Source of the DNA: Octopus vulgaris
Lineage: Eukaryota
Reading direction: 5' to 3'
Length of the DNA stretch: 64,000 nt
Assembly (NCBI GenBank): GCA_951406725.2
Contig: OX597831.1
Span: 34,596,001-34,660,000 of the forward strand
The notes beneath the pieces are model-generated. The model was given only the letters and a program-made list of their open reading frames with translations. It searched no databases and was not told the origin of the DNA. A program made the position numbers and the translations under genes. Of the stretch, positions 26,604 to 38,962 are shown in pieces; the first letter of the stretch is position 1, and every line of letters begins with the position of its first letter.

Positions 26604-26893
26604 CAATGGCCCAGTGGTAAGGGCAGTGAACTCGCGGTCGTTGGATCGCGGTTTCGATTCCCAGACCGGGCGTTGTGAGTGTTTATTGAGCGAAAACACC
26701 TAAAAGCCCCACGAGGCTCCGGCAGGGGGTGGTGATCCCTGCTGTACTCTTTCACCACTCTTTCTCACACTCTTTCTTCTGTTGGCCTGCTCGCTTAGCC
26801 AGCGGGGTGGCGTCATTCGAACGCTAAAACAATGCGAACGCATTGTGACCAGCGATGTGTAACTACATCTGATGGACTGGTCGGTCACGTGAT
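26604..26893 (+). mobile_element. SINE, head A with tail X, abutting the array
   Basis: 5' half matches family A; 3' half matches the tail at 5845-5970; starts at CAATGGCCC with the first few bases missing. Confidence 0.85.
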
Positions 26894-27888
26894 GGTGATG
26901 GTGATTATATATATATGTGTGTGTGTGTATGAATGTATGTATGCATTGTAGTCCGCTCCTGCTAAGCCGATTTAGCTTATTTCATCTTCCCTTGGTTTAC
27001 CGCTTTTTATATATATGTACACACAACCATACATATAAGCAGCGAGCTTTTTACAGTTTCCCTCTAACAGATCCTCCCACGACGCTTTGGCTGTCCAAGT
27101 GATGCAGTAGGAAACGCTAAAATCAGATGGCACGCTGTGGGACTGACCCCGAAACCAGGTGGTCTGGATGTAAACTTGTCAACCTATTTCGACTCATAAC
27201 TTGGTGCATACGTCATGAAGGTAATTCTTTCCGTTTTTTTTTTTTTTTTGTTTTTTTTCCATTTCGTGTTCAAATCACCCAGAGGTCGAAGTAACCTATA
27301 TTTATAACTGCAAACGTTCAAACCAATATTAGTTATATAACCAGAATCTACAGAATTCCCTTTGATCTTAACCTGCAGCCGATAACATCTAGAAGTAATT
27401 GCGTTACATCTATGTAGATTTCCTTTACTTAGATGTTTCCGAAATTGTCGACGAACAGATGTCGGCAAGAGAAAAAAAATGGCGTCGTTTTTTTCTTCCC
27501 TTTATTTAACAATACTTTGATCTTCAATCAACATGGAGAAAAATTGTTCTACTTAATATGATGAAAAATTCCAAATTACCAAATTCTTTGGAGGGAATTT
27601 TTTTTGGTGGGAAAATGGCTTATCGTTTATTTTTCACTTGTTTCAGTCATTAGACTGCGCCAATGCTGGAGCCACCGTACTTATTTTTGTTTTTCTAAAC
27701 CATGATACTTATTCTATCGGTCTCTCTATACTGAACTGCTTGTCTACGAGAACGTAAACAAACCAACACCCGCTGTGAAATGGTAGTGGGAGACATGGTT
27801 CTGAGTTCAGTCCTACTGCAGGACACCTCGAGCAAGTGTCTTCTACTATAGCCTCGCGCCGTAAGGACAATATGAAGGTAAGGTAAGG

Positions 27889-28500
27889 TAACGAGTTGGC
27901 AGAAACGTTAGCACGCCGGATGAAATACTTAGCGGTATTTCGTCTGCCGTTACGTTCTGAGTTCAAATTCCGCCTTAGTCGACTTTGCCTTTCATCCTTT
28001 CGAGGTCGATAAATTAAGTACCAGTTACGCACTGAGGTCGGTGTAATCGACTTAATCCCTTTGTCTGTCCTTCTTTGTCCCCTCTGTATCTAGCCCCTTG
28101 TAGGCAATAAAGAAATAAGAAACGTTAGCGCGCGCCAGGTGAAATGCTTAGCGGTATTTCGTCTGCCGCTACGTTTTGAGTTCAAATTCCGCCGAGGTCA
28201 ACTTTGCCTTTCATCCATTTGGGGTCGATTAAATAAGTACCATTTACGCACTGGGTTGATATAATCGACTTAATCTGTTTGTCTGTCCTTGTTTGTCCTC
28301 TCTGTGTTTATCCCATTATGGGCAGTAAAGAAATAGGTATTTCGTCTGCCGCTACGATCTGAGTTCAAATTCCGCTGAGGTCGACTTTACCTTTCATCCT
28401 TTCGAAGTCGATAAATTAAATACCAGCTGAGTACTGGTATCGATCTAATTCACTGATCGCCTCCCCCACAATTTCGGGCCTTGTGCCTAGAGTAGGAAAG
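27889..28500 (+). mobile_element. Three tandem copies of SINE family C (Meta-domain-like)
   Basis: Repeated GAGTTCAAATTCCGCCGAGGTCGACTTTGCCTTTCATCCTTTCGGGGTCGATAAATTAAGTACCAG, which resembles the MetaSINE central domain. Confidence 0.8.
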
Positions 28501-28514
28501 AATATGAAAGCACA

Positions 28515-28745
28515 GGGCCTAGAGATTGTGTTGTTGCACCCACGATCGTAAGATCATGGTTTCGATTCTCGGGTAAGGCCGTGCGTCGTGTTCTTGACCA
28601 AAGCACTTCATTTCACGTTGTTATCGTCCACTCAGCTTTAAATAAGTGACCTTGCAATGGATTTGCGTTCCATTCAGAAGGAAATTTGTGCTCTCGGTTA
28701 TTTATATGCCATGGAAACCGGGTAACCAGCCCTATGAGTTCTGGG
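28515..28745 (+). mobile_element. Degenerate SINE, head D + tail W
   Basis: Aligns by eye to 8021-8288. Confidence 0.65.
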
Positions 28746-28924
28746 ACTTTCAGCGGCACCTTTGACATGTTTCTACTGCTATAGCCTCGAATTGACCAAA
28801 GCATCAGAAGTGAAATTTAGTAAACAGAAACGATCTGGAAGGTCAATACCTTGGAAAGGAAACCAGAAATTTGGGGTTGATGCCCGGCGTGCCGAAGGAC
28901 CCACTGGGAGTGAAGTACCTATTT

Positions 28925-29141
28925 GACTCTTTTACTTGTTTCAGTCATTTGACTGCGGCCATGCTGGAGCACCGCCTTTAGTCGAGTAAATCGACCCGAG
29001 GACTTATACTTTGTAAGCTTAGTACTTATTCTATCGGTCTCTTAGGCCGAACCTCTAAGTTACGGAGACGCAAACACACCACCATCGGTTATCAAGCGAT
29101 GTTGGGGGGACAAACACGGACACACAAACATATATACACAC

Positions 29142-29222
<81 letters not shown>

Positions 29223-29392
29223 CATAAATACGACGGGCTTCTTTCAGTTTCTGCCTACCAAATCCACTCACAAGGCTTTGATCGGCCCGAGGCTCTAGTA
29301 GAAGACCCTCGCCCAAGGTGCCACGCAGTGGGACTGAACCCGGAACCATGTGGTTGGTAAGAAAGCTACTTACCACACAGTCACTCCTGCGC
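28925..29392 (-). mobile_element. SINE family B, full length
   Basis: Complete head, CORE-like body, internal (TA)n and tail. Confidence 0.9.
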
Positions 29393-29834
29393 TTCTTAAC
29401 TTTTGTTGAAGCATGTCTGCACAACCCGCTCCAAGCCCAGGCTATGGCTGCTTTTATAACCGGCGGCAAAATGAGCTGCAACGGATCGTGCTATCCCAAA
29501 GCATCTATGCATGTGACTGGAGACCACATGTGAACTTATATTCCCACTGAAACAACGAACACGAACTCTACACGTCAAGAGCGAATGACGACTGCAGCTG
29601 CGGTGTCCACGCTACTGCGGCCGACCGTTTGATGTGATCAGTATCTTCAGGGATGTGATGAAGTCGTTGATCGGAACTGGGTATCGGTTTGTTTACATCC
29701 CCGTGACTTACAAGTTCGGCAAAAGGAAACTGATAGAATAAATACTAAACTTTAAAATATGTACTCCGTTCGATTTGTTCGACTAAAATCTTCATTGCAG
29801 TGCTCCAAGTGAAACAAGTAAAAGAGTGTTTGGT

Positions 29835-30104
29835 AAATGGGAACAGAATCGACCTCGGTGGAATTCGAATACACAATGTTGAACACGGACGAAATATCGC
29901 TAAGCATTTTGTTCGGCGTGTCAATAATTCTGCTAGTTCACCGCCTCAAGATGATTTTTTAATTTTGGCACAGGGCCAGCAATTTAGTGGTACTTATTTT
30001 ATCGACCCCAAAGGATGAAAGAATATGTCGACCCGAGCAGGATTAGAACCCAGAACGTAAAGGCGACGAAATACTGCTAACGATTCTGCCAGCTCTCCGC
30101 TTTC

Positions 30105-30171
<67 letters not shown>

Positions 30172-30600
30172 CCTTTCTACTATAGGTACAAGGCCTGAAA
30201 TTTAAGGCTGGGGGATAAACGATTACATCGATCCTAGTGTTTTACTTGTATTTAATTTATCGACCCTGAAAGGATGAAAGGCAAAGTCGATCTCACGGAA
30301 TTTGAACTCAGAACGTTGTGGCAGACGAAATACCGCTAAGCATTTCGTCCGGCGTGCTAACGATTCTGCCAGCTCGCCGCCTTCTTAATGATAATAATAA
30401 TCCTTTCTACTATAGGCACAAAGCCTGAAATTTTGGGGAGGAGGACAAGTCGATTATATTATATACTCAACTGGTACTTATTTTATCGGCTCCAAAAGGA
30501 TTAATGGCAAAGTCGACCGAAACGGAATTTGAACTCTGAACGTAAAGACTGACAAAATGCCGTGAAGCATTTTGCCCGCCGTGCTAACGACTCTGCTACC
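29835..30600 (-). mobile_element. Cluster of family C SINEs separated by (TAA)n
   Basis: At least four same-orientation copies of the family C motif with (TAA)n tails. Confidence 0.8.
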
Positions 30601-30703
30601 TTGCAATACCAACAATAATATTGAGGGAAAAAAGGCATCGGAAGGACGAGGCATATCCTGCATGCAGATAAATCTATTCGCAAATTTTAGTGTAGCTTAC
30701 AAT

Positions 30704-30869
30704 CAGGGCCGGCCCTGCGGTTGCTGACGCCCCGGGCAAGCTGAACTTCGGCGTGTACAAGCTGACGGTCGAGGAAATTTCCTCATCTTTACCACGCCCT
30801 TCATGGCGTGCCGTAGCACATGGCGCCCCGAACCACTGCCCCTGTTGCCGGGGCCTGGGGTCTGCGCTG
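30704..30869. mobile_element. Small hAT-type MITE
   Basis: CAGGGCCGGCCC..GGGGTCTGCGCTG imperfect TIRs; perfect 8-bp TSD CTTACAAT (30696-30703 / 30870-30877); GC-rich island. Confidence 0.85.
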
Positions 30870-30971
30870 CTTACAATGCTTTACTTAGCCATGCTTTTTG
30901 ATTGAACTGAATTCAACTTTGTAAGCGGTGAAATTAAGAAATCCATCACTTTTAGCACGCGCACACCACAC

Positions 30972-31028
<57 letters not shown>

Positions 31029-31084
31029 CGCATATCTATATATGTATTTATGTGTGTTTGAAGGTATTCAAACCAAATTTTATT

Positions 31085-31235
31085 CATTTCGAGCCACTCA
31101 CCCAATGAATATTTCTGCCAAATTTGGTGAAAATCCGTTCAGCCGTTTTCATGTAATTTTGCAAACACACAGACAAACAGACCAAGACGAGTGATTACAA
31201 TGCCCTGCTTTCGCATACACGCGCAGAGTAACAAC
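31085..31235 (+). mobile_element. Helentron/HINE (DINE-1-like) 3' fragment
   Basis: AAATTTGGTGAAAATCCGTTCAGCCGTTTT, then an ACAGACAAAC microsatellite and a terminal hairpin CTGC..GCAG-AGTAA; same layout as 52070-52273. Confidence 0.45.
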
Positions 31236-31910
31236 AATAATGAACACATTGACGATGTAGTCCAAGATAACTATGTGTGTTTGAATGTGTGTATGTGTGT
31301 GCAACAAAACACAAAGAGCGATCACAGCTGGAAAGCCTTTTCTCAAGGTGTTTTTTTTTTCTTCTTTTTCTCGTTAAGAATTGACTCAGAGCTAAACAGC
31401 AACATACTATAACATTTATGAAAACATACATTTATTACAAAACAAAAACAACAAATTAAAAAAATGCATTATTTATTGTTGTTTTCTTGATTTGTTTTTT
31501 CTCTCGTTTCATATCCTTCGGTTTGTTTTTGTTGTTGCTTGATGTGTTATTATTATTATTATTATTTTTCTGTTTTTTAATATTTGTTTCAATTTTTGAA
31601 ACAATTAAAATGTCAAGTTTTCAAAAAGACATGGAAAACGTAAAATTCCATAAAGCGATCACGTATTATATAAATATTCTTTAAAATAAGGAAATCGTAA
31701 AAAAAAAATATGAAATATTTAAGAAACAAACAAATACAATAAATGAAATTAATTATCTTAATAAAGAACTATTGATTATTTTCATTTAGTTGGAATTTAT
31801 TTCAGTTTTTTCCTCTTCTACAAAAAAAAATAAAAATAAATAATAAAAAAATAATAATTATCTGTAAAATATTCCATTGTGAACTTTCTTTTTGGAAAAC
31901 TGGGTTACAT

Positions 31911-32096
31911 AGATTATGCCAACATAACACGGCAGTCCTGGTTTTGGACGAATGTTGCTGTAATTTAGCCCCAGGAGACATCGTCTCCAGCTGGCTGTAC
32001 GACACGATAGCCAGCTAGAGACGATGCCTGCTGGGGCTAAATTACAGCAACATTTGTGCTAAACCAGGACTACCGTGTTATATTGGCAAATAATCT
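31911..32096. repeat. ~86-bp-arm inverted repeat (fold-back)
   Basis: Arms 31911-31996 and 32009-32096 are reverse complements with about 8 mismatches and one 2-nt gap; 12-nt loop. Confidence 0.92.
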
Positions 32097-32167
32097 TTAC
32101 TCCGAAGTACTGTTGTTGAATATCTCTCGTTGTGAGATTTACAAATAGTAATTTTCTGGGTTACATA

Positions 32168-32548
32168 CAGGGTGATTCAAAAGTCTCCATACATAGGAAT
32201 TTTTTTTTTTATTTTATAAGAAACAGTTTATAAGATCTCCTAGGTCCCTTGATCTGACCCTTCTTGATTTCTATCTTTGGGGGCATTTGGAAGGCATGGT
32301 GTATCGCGGAAAGACAAAAGACCTAAATCATATTCAGGAACGCATTACCAACTCAGTTTGCACACGTTTCACCAGATGTGTTATTACGAGTTCACAATGA
32401 GTGGGGTAAACGTATTGCAATGAGTATTCAAAACAAGGGTAACCATAGAGAGCCTGTTAAATAATAAAAAAGAAGAAACTGTTCTTATAAACTGTTTCTT
32501 ATAAAGAGATAAATTGTTCCTAAATATGGCGATTTTTGAAACACCCTG
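32168..32548 (+). mobile_element. Internally deleted Tc1/mariner-superfamily element (rosa/maT-like)
   Basis: CAGGGTG TIRs extending ~70 bp, TA on both sides, and remnant SPRSLDLTLLDFYLWGHLEGMVY (PPRSPDLTPLDFFLWG motif). Confidence 0.85.
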
Positions 32549-32716
32549 TACTTGTGTACTTGTGTACATGTGTATGTGCATGTGTATGTGTATGTGTGTA
32601 CATGCACGTTCGTGTAGCTATGTATATGTACTCTGCCTTGCAGGTATATCAATTCGTAGTCACGTATATATTTCCGTATTTGTATATATAAGCTGTCAGT
32701 AAATGTATATGTATAT

Positions 32717-32941
32717 TTCTTTACTACCCACAAGGGGCTAAACACAGAGAGGACAAACAAGGACAGACAAAGGGATTAAGTCGATTACATCGACCCCAGT
32801 GCGCAACTGGTACTTAATTTATCGACCCCGAAAGGATGAAAGGCAAAGTCGACCTCGGCGGAATTTGAACTCAGAACGTAACGGCAGACGAAATACGGCC
32901 ACGCATTTCGCCCGGCGTGCTAACGTTTCTGCCAGCTCGCC
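32717..32941 (-). mobile_element. SINE family C, full length
   Basis: Complete copy with flanking direct repeat GTATATGTATAT. Confidence 0.88.
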
Positions 32942-33472
32942 GTATATGTATATGTATGTGTAATCGTATGTAAGCGTGTGTGAAACAAGTAAGTAAAAAG
33001 CAAAAGACAGAAGAGAGTGGCCAGTCCTGGGGTCCATTGATTGAGTGTAATGGAAAGGCCTTTGTGATGACCAGTAGCCTTGGTGGCGTGAAACAATTGC
33101 AAGTCTTTTTGTACATGGGATGGGGTGCGGTACGACGTGGGGGAAGGACCTGGTGGGTGGAAGGAAGTAGATTAGGAGGAGATTGAACCATTAAGGGTGT
33201 ATGATGAAAATCAGATCCAATGCGGGCAACGGAGGTGACGGGGTTCCTTTCTATGTGGTACTGCTTGAAATAGCAGGCTTATCGCATCCTACCATCTTAA
33301 GGATAGATTGCAAAAAGTACAGGCCGAAATAACTAAAATTATACGCTTCTAGTTGGATCTCTGTAATAAATGTACAGAATGGCCGTGGGGTAAAGAACCT
33401 TGCTTCCCAACCACATGGTTCAATCACTGCGTGGCACAAAAATGCTAGCTCGCCGCCATAATAATAATAATG

Positions 33473-33510
<38 letters not shown>

Positions 33511-33770
33511 GATGATGATGATGATGATGATGATAATAACAATAATAATAATAATAATAATAAATAATTTCTATGTAATCTCAAATTTTAAAACAAACAT
33601 AACTTTCGTATGGTTTTTTTAGACATTCACTAGTACAACACTAAATACAAAACCAAATATATGGCACACTAGGCATAACAACAACATGAACTTCCAACCT
33701 GTTGTCTTTTGAGGTCTCTGGGTGAGACTTGGAGCCAACTTGTTCAAATGTAAAGCTAAATTCAAACATA

Positions 33771-33909
<139 letters not shown>

Positions 33910-33943
33910 TATTATTATTATTATTATTATTACTATTATTATT

Positions 33944-35108
33944 ATAGAAAGGTTATATATACAACGTATGGAAGGTGGTAGAGACCTTATACAGCTAGGA
34001 AACTATTACAAAATAACCACCATAGAACTACAGAAATACCTACATCACAAGCAAGGAAAACTAATACAAATAGCCGCAAAGCATGAACAAAACCAAAAAG
34101 CTGTTTTCATTCTTTAAGGAAGCTGACAAATACAAAAATGAAGCCATAGGACCTAACAAGTATGAAGAAAACGAAGAGACAACGAAAGTTGTAAAACAAC
34201 TGGAATCCAAACTAAAAGCGGAAAAGCAATGGATCGTGATAAAACGATAGCAAGAAAAGCCCCTTCATGGCAAACACTGGACTAAACTAAACAGAAAAGA
34301 AATAGACAAAGTAAAAATCATAACAATGGCTGAGAAGCTCATGACTCAAAGCAGAGACTGAAGGATTTTTTAATTACCGCACAAGATGAAAGCCTCCACG
34401 CCAGAAATTACCAAAAAACACATAGTGCAAAAAAATACAAGTAACTGCAGAATATGTGGAGATGGAGAAGAAGCAATAACTTATATTATCTCTGACTACC
34501 CAGTCCTGGCTAAGAAAGAATATATACACAGACATCACAGAGTTGGGACCAATATACACTGGAAGCTATGCCAACACTATAGAATAACAACAGAAAAAGG
34601 ATGGTATAGGCACACGCTAGAAAAGGTCAGAGAAAATGAGAAAGCAACCATACACTGGGATGTGTCAATTCACACAGATGGAGATATTAAGGCCAATAGG
34701 CCGGATATAGTTGTCAGAGATCACCAACAAAAAAATGCTTTCTAAATGATGTATCAATACCAACAGATGACAATGTTTCTCTAAAAGAAATGCGGAAACT
34801 TTCAAAATACAAAGACCTGGAAATAGAGATAACTCGAATGTAGAGTCTAAAAACAGAAACAATTCCTAAGTGGGCGCATTAGGTATGATAAAAAAAAATA
34901 TTCAGACAAATACATAACAAAAACACCAGAACTAACAAGTATATACAACATACAGAAAATAGCACTACTATATACCGTACACATCCTTCACAAAACACAT
35001 TCAATACAGGGACAATAAGATCACCACAACAAACCACAGTACACACTCAAGGCACACAGAGCTGTACTCGGTAGTGCAATGAAAGCACGTGATAAAAATA
35101 AGACTACC

Positions 35109-35109
<1 letters not shown>
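33944..35109 (+). mobile_element. 5'-truncated, pseudogenised R4/Dong-clade non-LTR retrotransposon
   Basis: Frameshifted ERLYIQRMEGGR.LI, KPLHG, zinc-knuckle CRICG, RH.RV and RPDIVV..D restriction-like endonuclease motifs, then KLSKYKDLEIEI and VGALG; flanked by (TAA)n / (ATT)n. Confidence 0.85.
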
Positions 35110-35180
<71 letters not shown>

Positions 35181-35589
35181 TAATAATATTCAGACAAATA
35201 CATAACAAAAACACCAGAACTTACAACTATATATAACATACAGAAAATTGCACTACTAGGCAAATGGTGGTGGTGGTGCTATTGGTAGGGGTGTTGGGAT
35301 TCGTATTCGGTGCCTTTTTATCGTTCATCAGTGTTGCATTGTTGTCCAATCTTGCAGTCTTAGTTTGTATTCCCATGCAAGCGTTGTAGAAATTTTGGGG
35401 TTTTTTTTTTTCATCATCATACTGGCTATAGTTTGCAATTTTCACGTGGGCGTTCTTATATACATATATTTGCGTGCGTATACGTACGCACACACACATA
35501 TACACATATAATTTTGTATATCTACATATGTTTGTGTATTTACATTCATGTATATATATATATATGATATGTTGTTGTGTGTGTATGAA

Positions 35590-35830
35590 TACATATGTGT
35601 GTGTGTGTATGGGCGTACATGTGTGTATATGCGTGTCTGTGTGTGTATATATACATAAATGTGTGTGTGTGGGCGTACATGTGTGTATATGCGTGTCTGT
35701 GTGTGTATATATACATATATGTGTGTGTGTGTGGGCGTACATGTGTATATGCGTGTCTGTGTGTGTATATATACATATATGTGTATGGGCGTACATGTGT
35801 GTATACGCGTGTCTGTGTGCGTATGTATAT
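35590..35830. repeat. ~58-60-bp minisatellite, 4 copies
   Basis: GGGCGTACATGTGTGTATATGCGTGTCTGTGTG unit at 35611, 35671, 35733, 35787. Confidence 0.9.
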
Positions 35831-36206
35831 ATGCACACACATACATGAATGTTTTACAAAAATTTATACACACACATGTATACATATGCACGCACAGAAG
35901 TGCAGTGCAAACGTCTGTGACCATAGGCAGTTCATAACAGAAATAATATTTACTATAAAATATAATTTAATTAACAACGCTTTAATGATTAAATTATTTC
36001 AATCAATGTCTCACTTCTGAATTTCCCAATAAGTTTTCAAATTAACATTGATCTGCTCCTGGAGACTTTTAAACCCGTGTTTTATATAAGATATTTGTCT
36101 TTGGAGTAGAATATGCTCATTTGGTAAGATAGGCTCCTTTGGAATCCGTTTCTGTTGTGACTGTTATCATTTACTGCCTGTAGTGTGATGGTTTGATGAT
36201 ATAACC

Positions 36207-36981
36207 CACTGGTACTGAACCGGGCTTCATATGGCCCCTTAGGGCCTATATAAGATTTTTGGGATCTTTTCGGTTTGAACGGCAGTTTTTTCTCGCGGTG
36301 TCATATGAAATTATCACTCATAATTATGACCCTAGTATCGATTTATTTGCATTTCAATCTGTTTTAGGGTTATGGTTAGTTAGGGTTAGGGGTGGGGGGA
36401 AGGGTATCTTTTTTTCTTCACAAATGTAAATAAACCCAATCTGTTTCTTAAACAAGGGACATATTCATACGGCACAGAATGTTGTCATTTCAATAGACGT
36501 CATTGATTGGTTGAAATTGAAGAAATTGAAGAAAAGAAACAACAAATATCTTACAAACCATAGAATTTTCTCAATAAAGCCAAGAGAAAAAGATGTTTTA
36601 TAAACACATTCTACCAGTATACGAAGTTTAAAAGTGTTTAGTTACGTGGAAATTATTTTTAAAAACTGCCGTTCAAACCGAAAAGATTCGATTTTTGAGG
36701 TCCACGTGACAACATAGTAAATTGGGGATTCCCAATAGTAGTTTAAGGGCCCCTTAAAAAATTTGTTTTAAATGTATGTATTGCAAGAAACAGCTAGGTT
36801 TTTTTCTCTAACATTTTACATAGTTCAACCTACACAAGTTAATTGTGTGGAAAACGAAATAGGAATTTTAAAAGGAGTATCTATAAAACTAGTTTTTAAA
36901 CACCAAATGGCGGTGGGGTCCACCAGAATAAAATAGTAATTAAAGGGCTCCATAGATATAAAAAATGGCTGAGAACCCCTG
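36207..36981. mobile_element. hAT-like MITE interrupted by a nested element
   Basis: Right end GAGAACCCCTG; body is the reverse complement of the 59921-60404 element. Confidence 0.7.
36262..36689. mobile_element. Non-autonomous DNA transposon with 8-bp TSD
   Basis: ~29-bp TIRs GGATCTTTTCGGTTTGAACGGCAGTTTTT; TSD GATTTTTG at 36254-36261 and 36690-36697. Confidence 0.9.
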
Positions 36982-37015
36982 GTGTAAATTAAGGTGACGT
37001 TATCCTTAATTGTGA

Positions 37016-38790
37016 GGACGCATGGCCGAGTGGTTAACGTGCTGCACTTACGATTGTAATTTCGATTTCCGGACGTTGAACTGTTTTTTTTTGTTTTGTG
37101 TTTTAGCAAAACAATTCATTTCATGTTACTCCTGTCCAGTTGTAAATGAGTCCTTGCGATTGTCTGACACTTCGTTCAGGGCCAGTGTTGTGTTCTTGAT
37201 CACTTAAACGCCACAGAAACCTGATAACCGGCCCAATGAGTCGAAGGACTCGATATATGAATGTCCAAATATCTTTTACCGCTTATATTTTCTTGGCCGT
37301 CACGTTCTGAGTTCAAATTCCGCCGAGGTCAACTTTGCCTTTCATCCTTTCGGGGTCGATAAATAAAGTACCAGTTTCGCACTGGGGGCGATATAATCCA
37401 CTCAATCCCTTCGTCTGTCCTTGTTTGTCCCCTCTATGTTTAGTCCATTCTGGACAGTAAAGAAATACATATTTTCTTGGTCGGTTGATGTAAAGTATCG
37501 ATTTAAAGTGCCCCACTGTCTTCGTATTTCAATTTTAAAAACATAATAAAAATGAGTGGTAAGTAGCTTGCTTACCAACCACATGGTTCTGAGTTCAGTC
37601 CCACTGCGTGGCACCTTGGGCAAGCGTCTTCTACTATAGCCTCGGGCCGACCAAAGCCTTGCGAGTGGATTTGGTAGACGGAAACTGAAGGAAGCCCGTC
37701 GAATATATGTATATATACGTATGCGTGCGTATATGTTTGTGTGTCTGTGTTTGTCCCCCCAACAACGCGTGACAACCAATGCCATTGTGTTTACGTCCCC
37801 GTAACTTAGCGGTTCGGTAAAAGAGGCCGATAGAATAAGTACTAGGCTTACAAAGAAATAGTCCTGGAGTCGATTTGCTCGACTAAAGAAGTAAAGCACT
37901 ATAGTTGTCAGTAAAATAATAAATAATCAAAAAAAATAATGAGAGCACTGACCAGTCCTATTACTTATAGACAGACAATACAATTGTGCTTGTCGTGAAT
38001 TATCATGGGATCGCATCTAGAAAGTTGCCCTCCGAGGTACAAGTTCGGGCAAGGTTGTTTATGGAAGACCAGCTGTCACCCATGCATACCAGCCTCCTCT
38101 CTCCATGCCACCGATGTTGTCCAAAGGAAAGTTAAAGACCGATGCAGCTTGGCACCAGTGACATCGCAACTCATTTATACAGCTAAGTGAAATAAAGTGT
38201 CTTGCTCAAGAACATAACGCACAGCCCGGTCCGGGAATCGAACTCATTACCTCATGATTGAACCCGACGCTTTAACCACTAAGCCATGCGCCTTGACGTG
38301 ATAGAAGAAAACTGACTGTAGTTTTAAAATCAGCCAACTTTGGGCTAAATCAAATGGAAGAGTAAATTCAACATAAACTATACTTTTACTCTTTTACTTG
38401 TTTCAGTCATTCGACTGCGGCCATGCTGGATACTGCCTTTAGTCGAGCAAATCGACCCCAGGACTTATTCTTTGTAAGCCTAGTACTTATTCTATGGGTC
38501 TCTTTTGCCGAACCGTTAAGTTACGAGGACGAAAACACACCAGCATCGGTTGTCAAGCAATGTTGGGGAGGACAAACACACACACACAAACATATACACA
38601 CACACATACATATATATACATATATACGACAGGCTTCTTTCAGTTTCCATCTATCAAATCCACTCACAAGGCTTTGGTCGGCCCGATGCCATAGTAGAAG
38701 ACACTTGCCCAAGGTGCCACGCAGTGGGACTGAACCAAGAACCATGTGGTTGGTAAGCAAGCTACTTACCACACAGCCACGCCTGCGCCT
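37016..38790. mobile_element. SINE cluster: D+W (37016-37255 +), C (37298-37470 +), B (37553-37890 +), D+Z (38003-38295 -), B (38382-38790 -)
   Basis: Each aligns by eye to other family members in the window. Confidence 0.8.
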
Positions 38791-38883
38791 ATGTCCAAAA
38801 TGATTCCCTTATATAATCAATACGTCCACGTACGTCAAAGTTGGAAACCTGCGATAGTTATTTAACAAGTCTAAATTTCCCAG

Positions 38884-38962
38884 GTCTTTTGTCAAGGAAC
38901 TTTCCGTTCAAGAAAAGACGAAACTACGAAAGACCGCTACGAAGTGTAGTTGAACCCACTAG
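38884..38962 (+). CDS. Candidate internal coding exon (phase 1 to phase 2): LLSRNFPFKKRRNYERPLRSVVEPT(R)
   Basis: Acceptor TTTCCCAG, donor AG/GTGAAG, and a single open frame whose end phase matches exon 52451; unique sequence. Confidence 0.35.

Noticed and set aside
36091-36123. Possible upstream micro-exon ICLWSRICSF(G) with GTAAGA donor
   Set aside because: Phase fits 38884, but the acceptor is weak and 33 nt is easily matched by chance.
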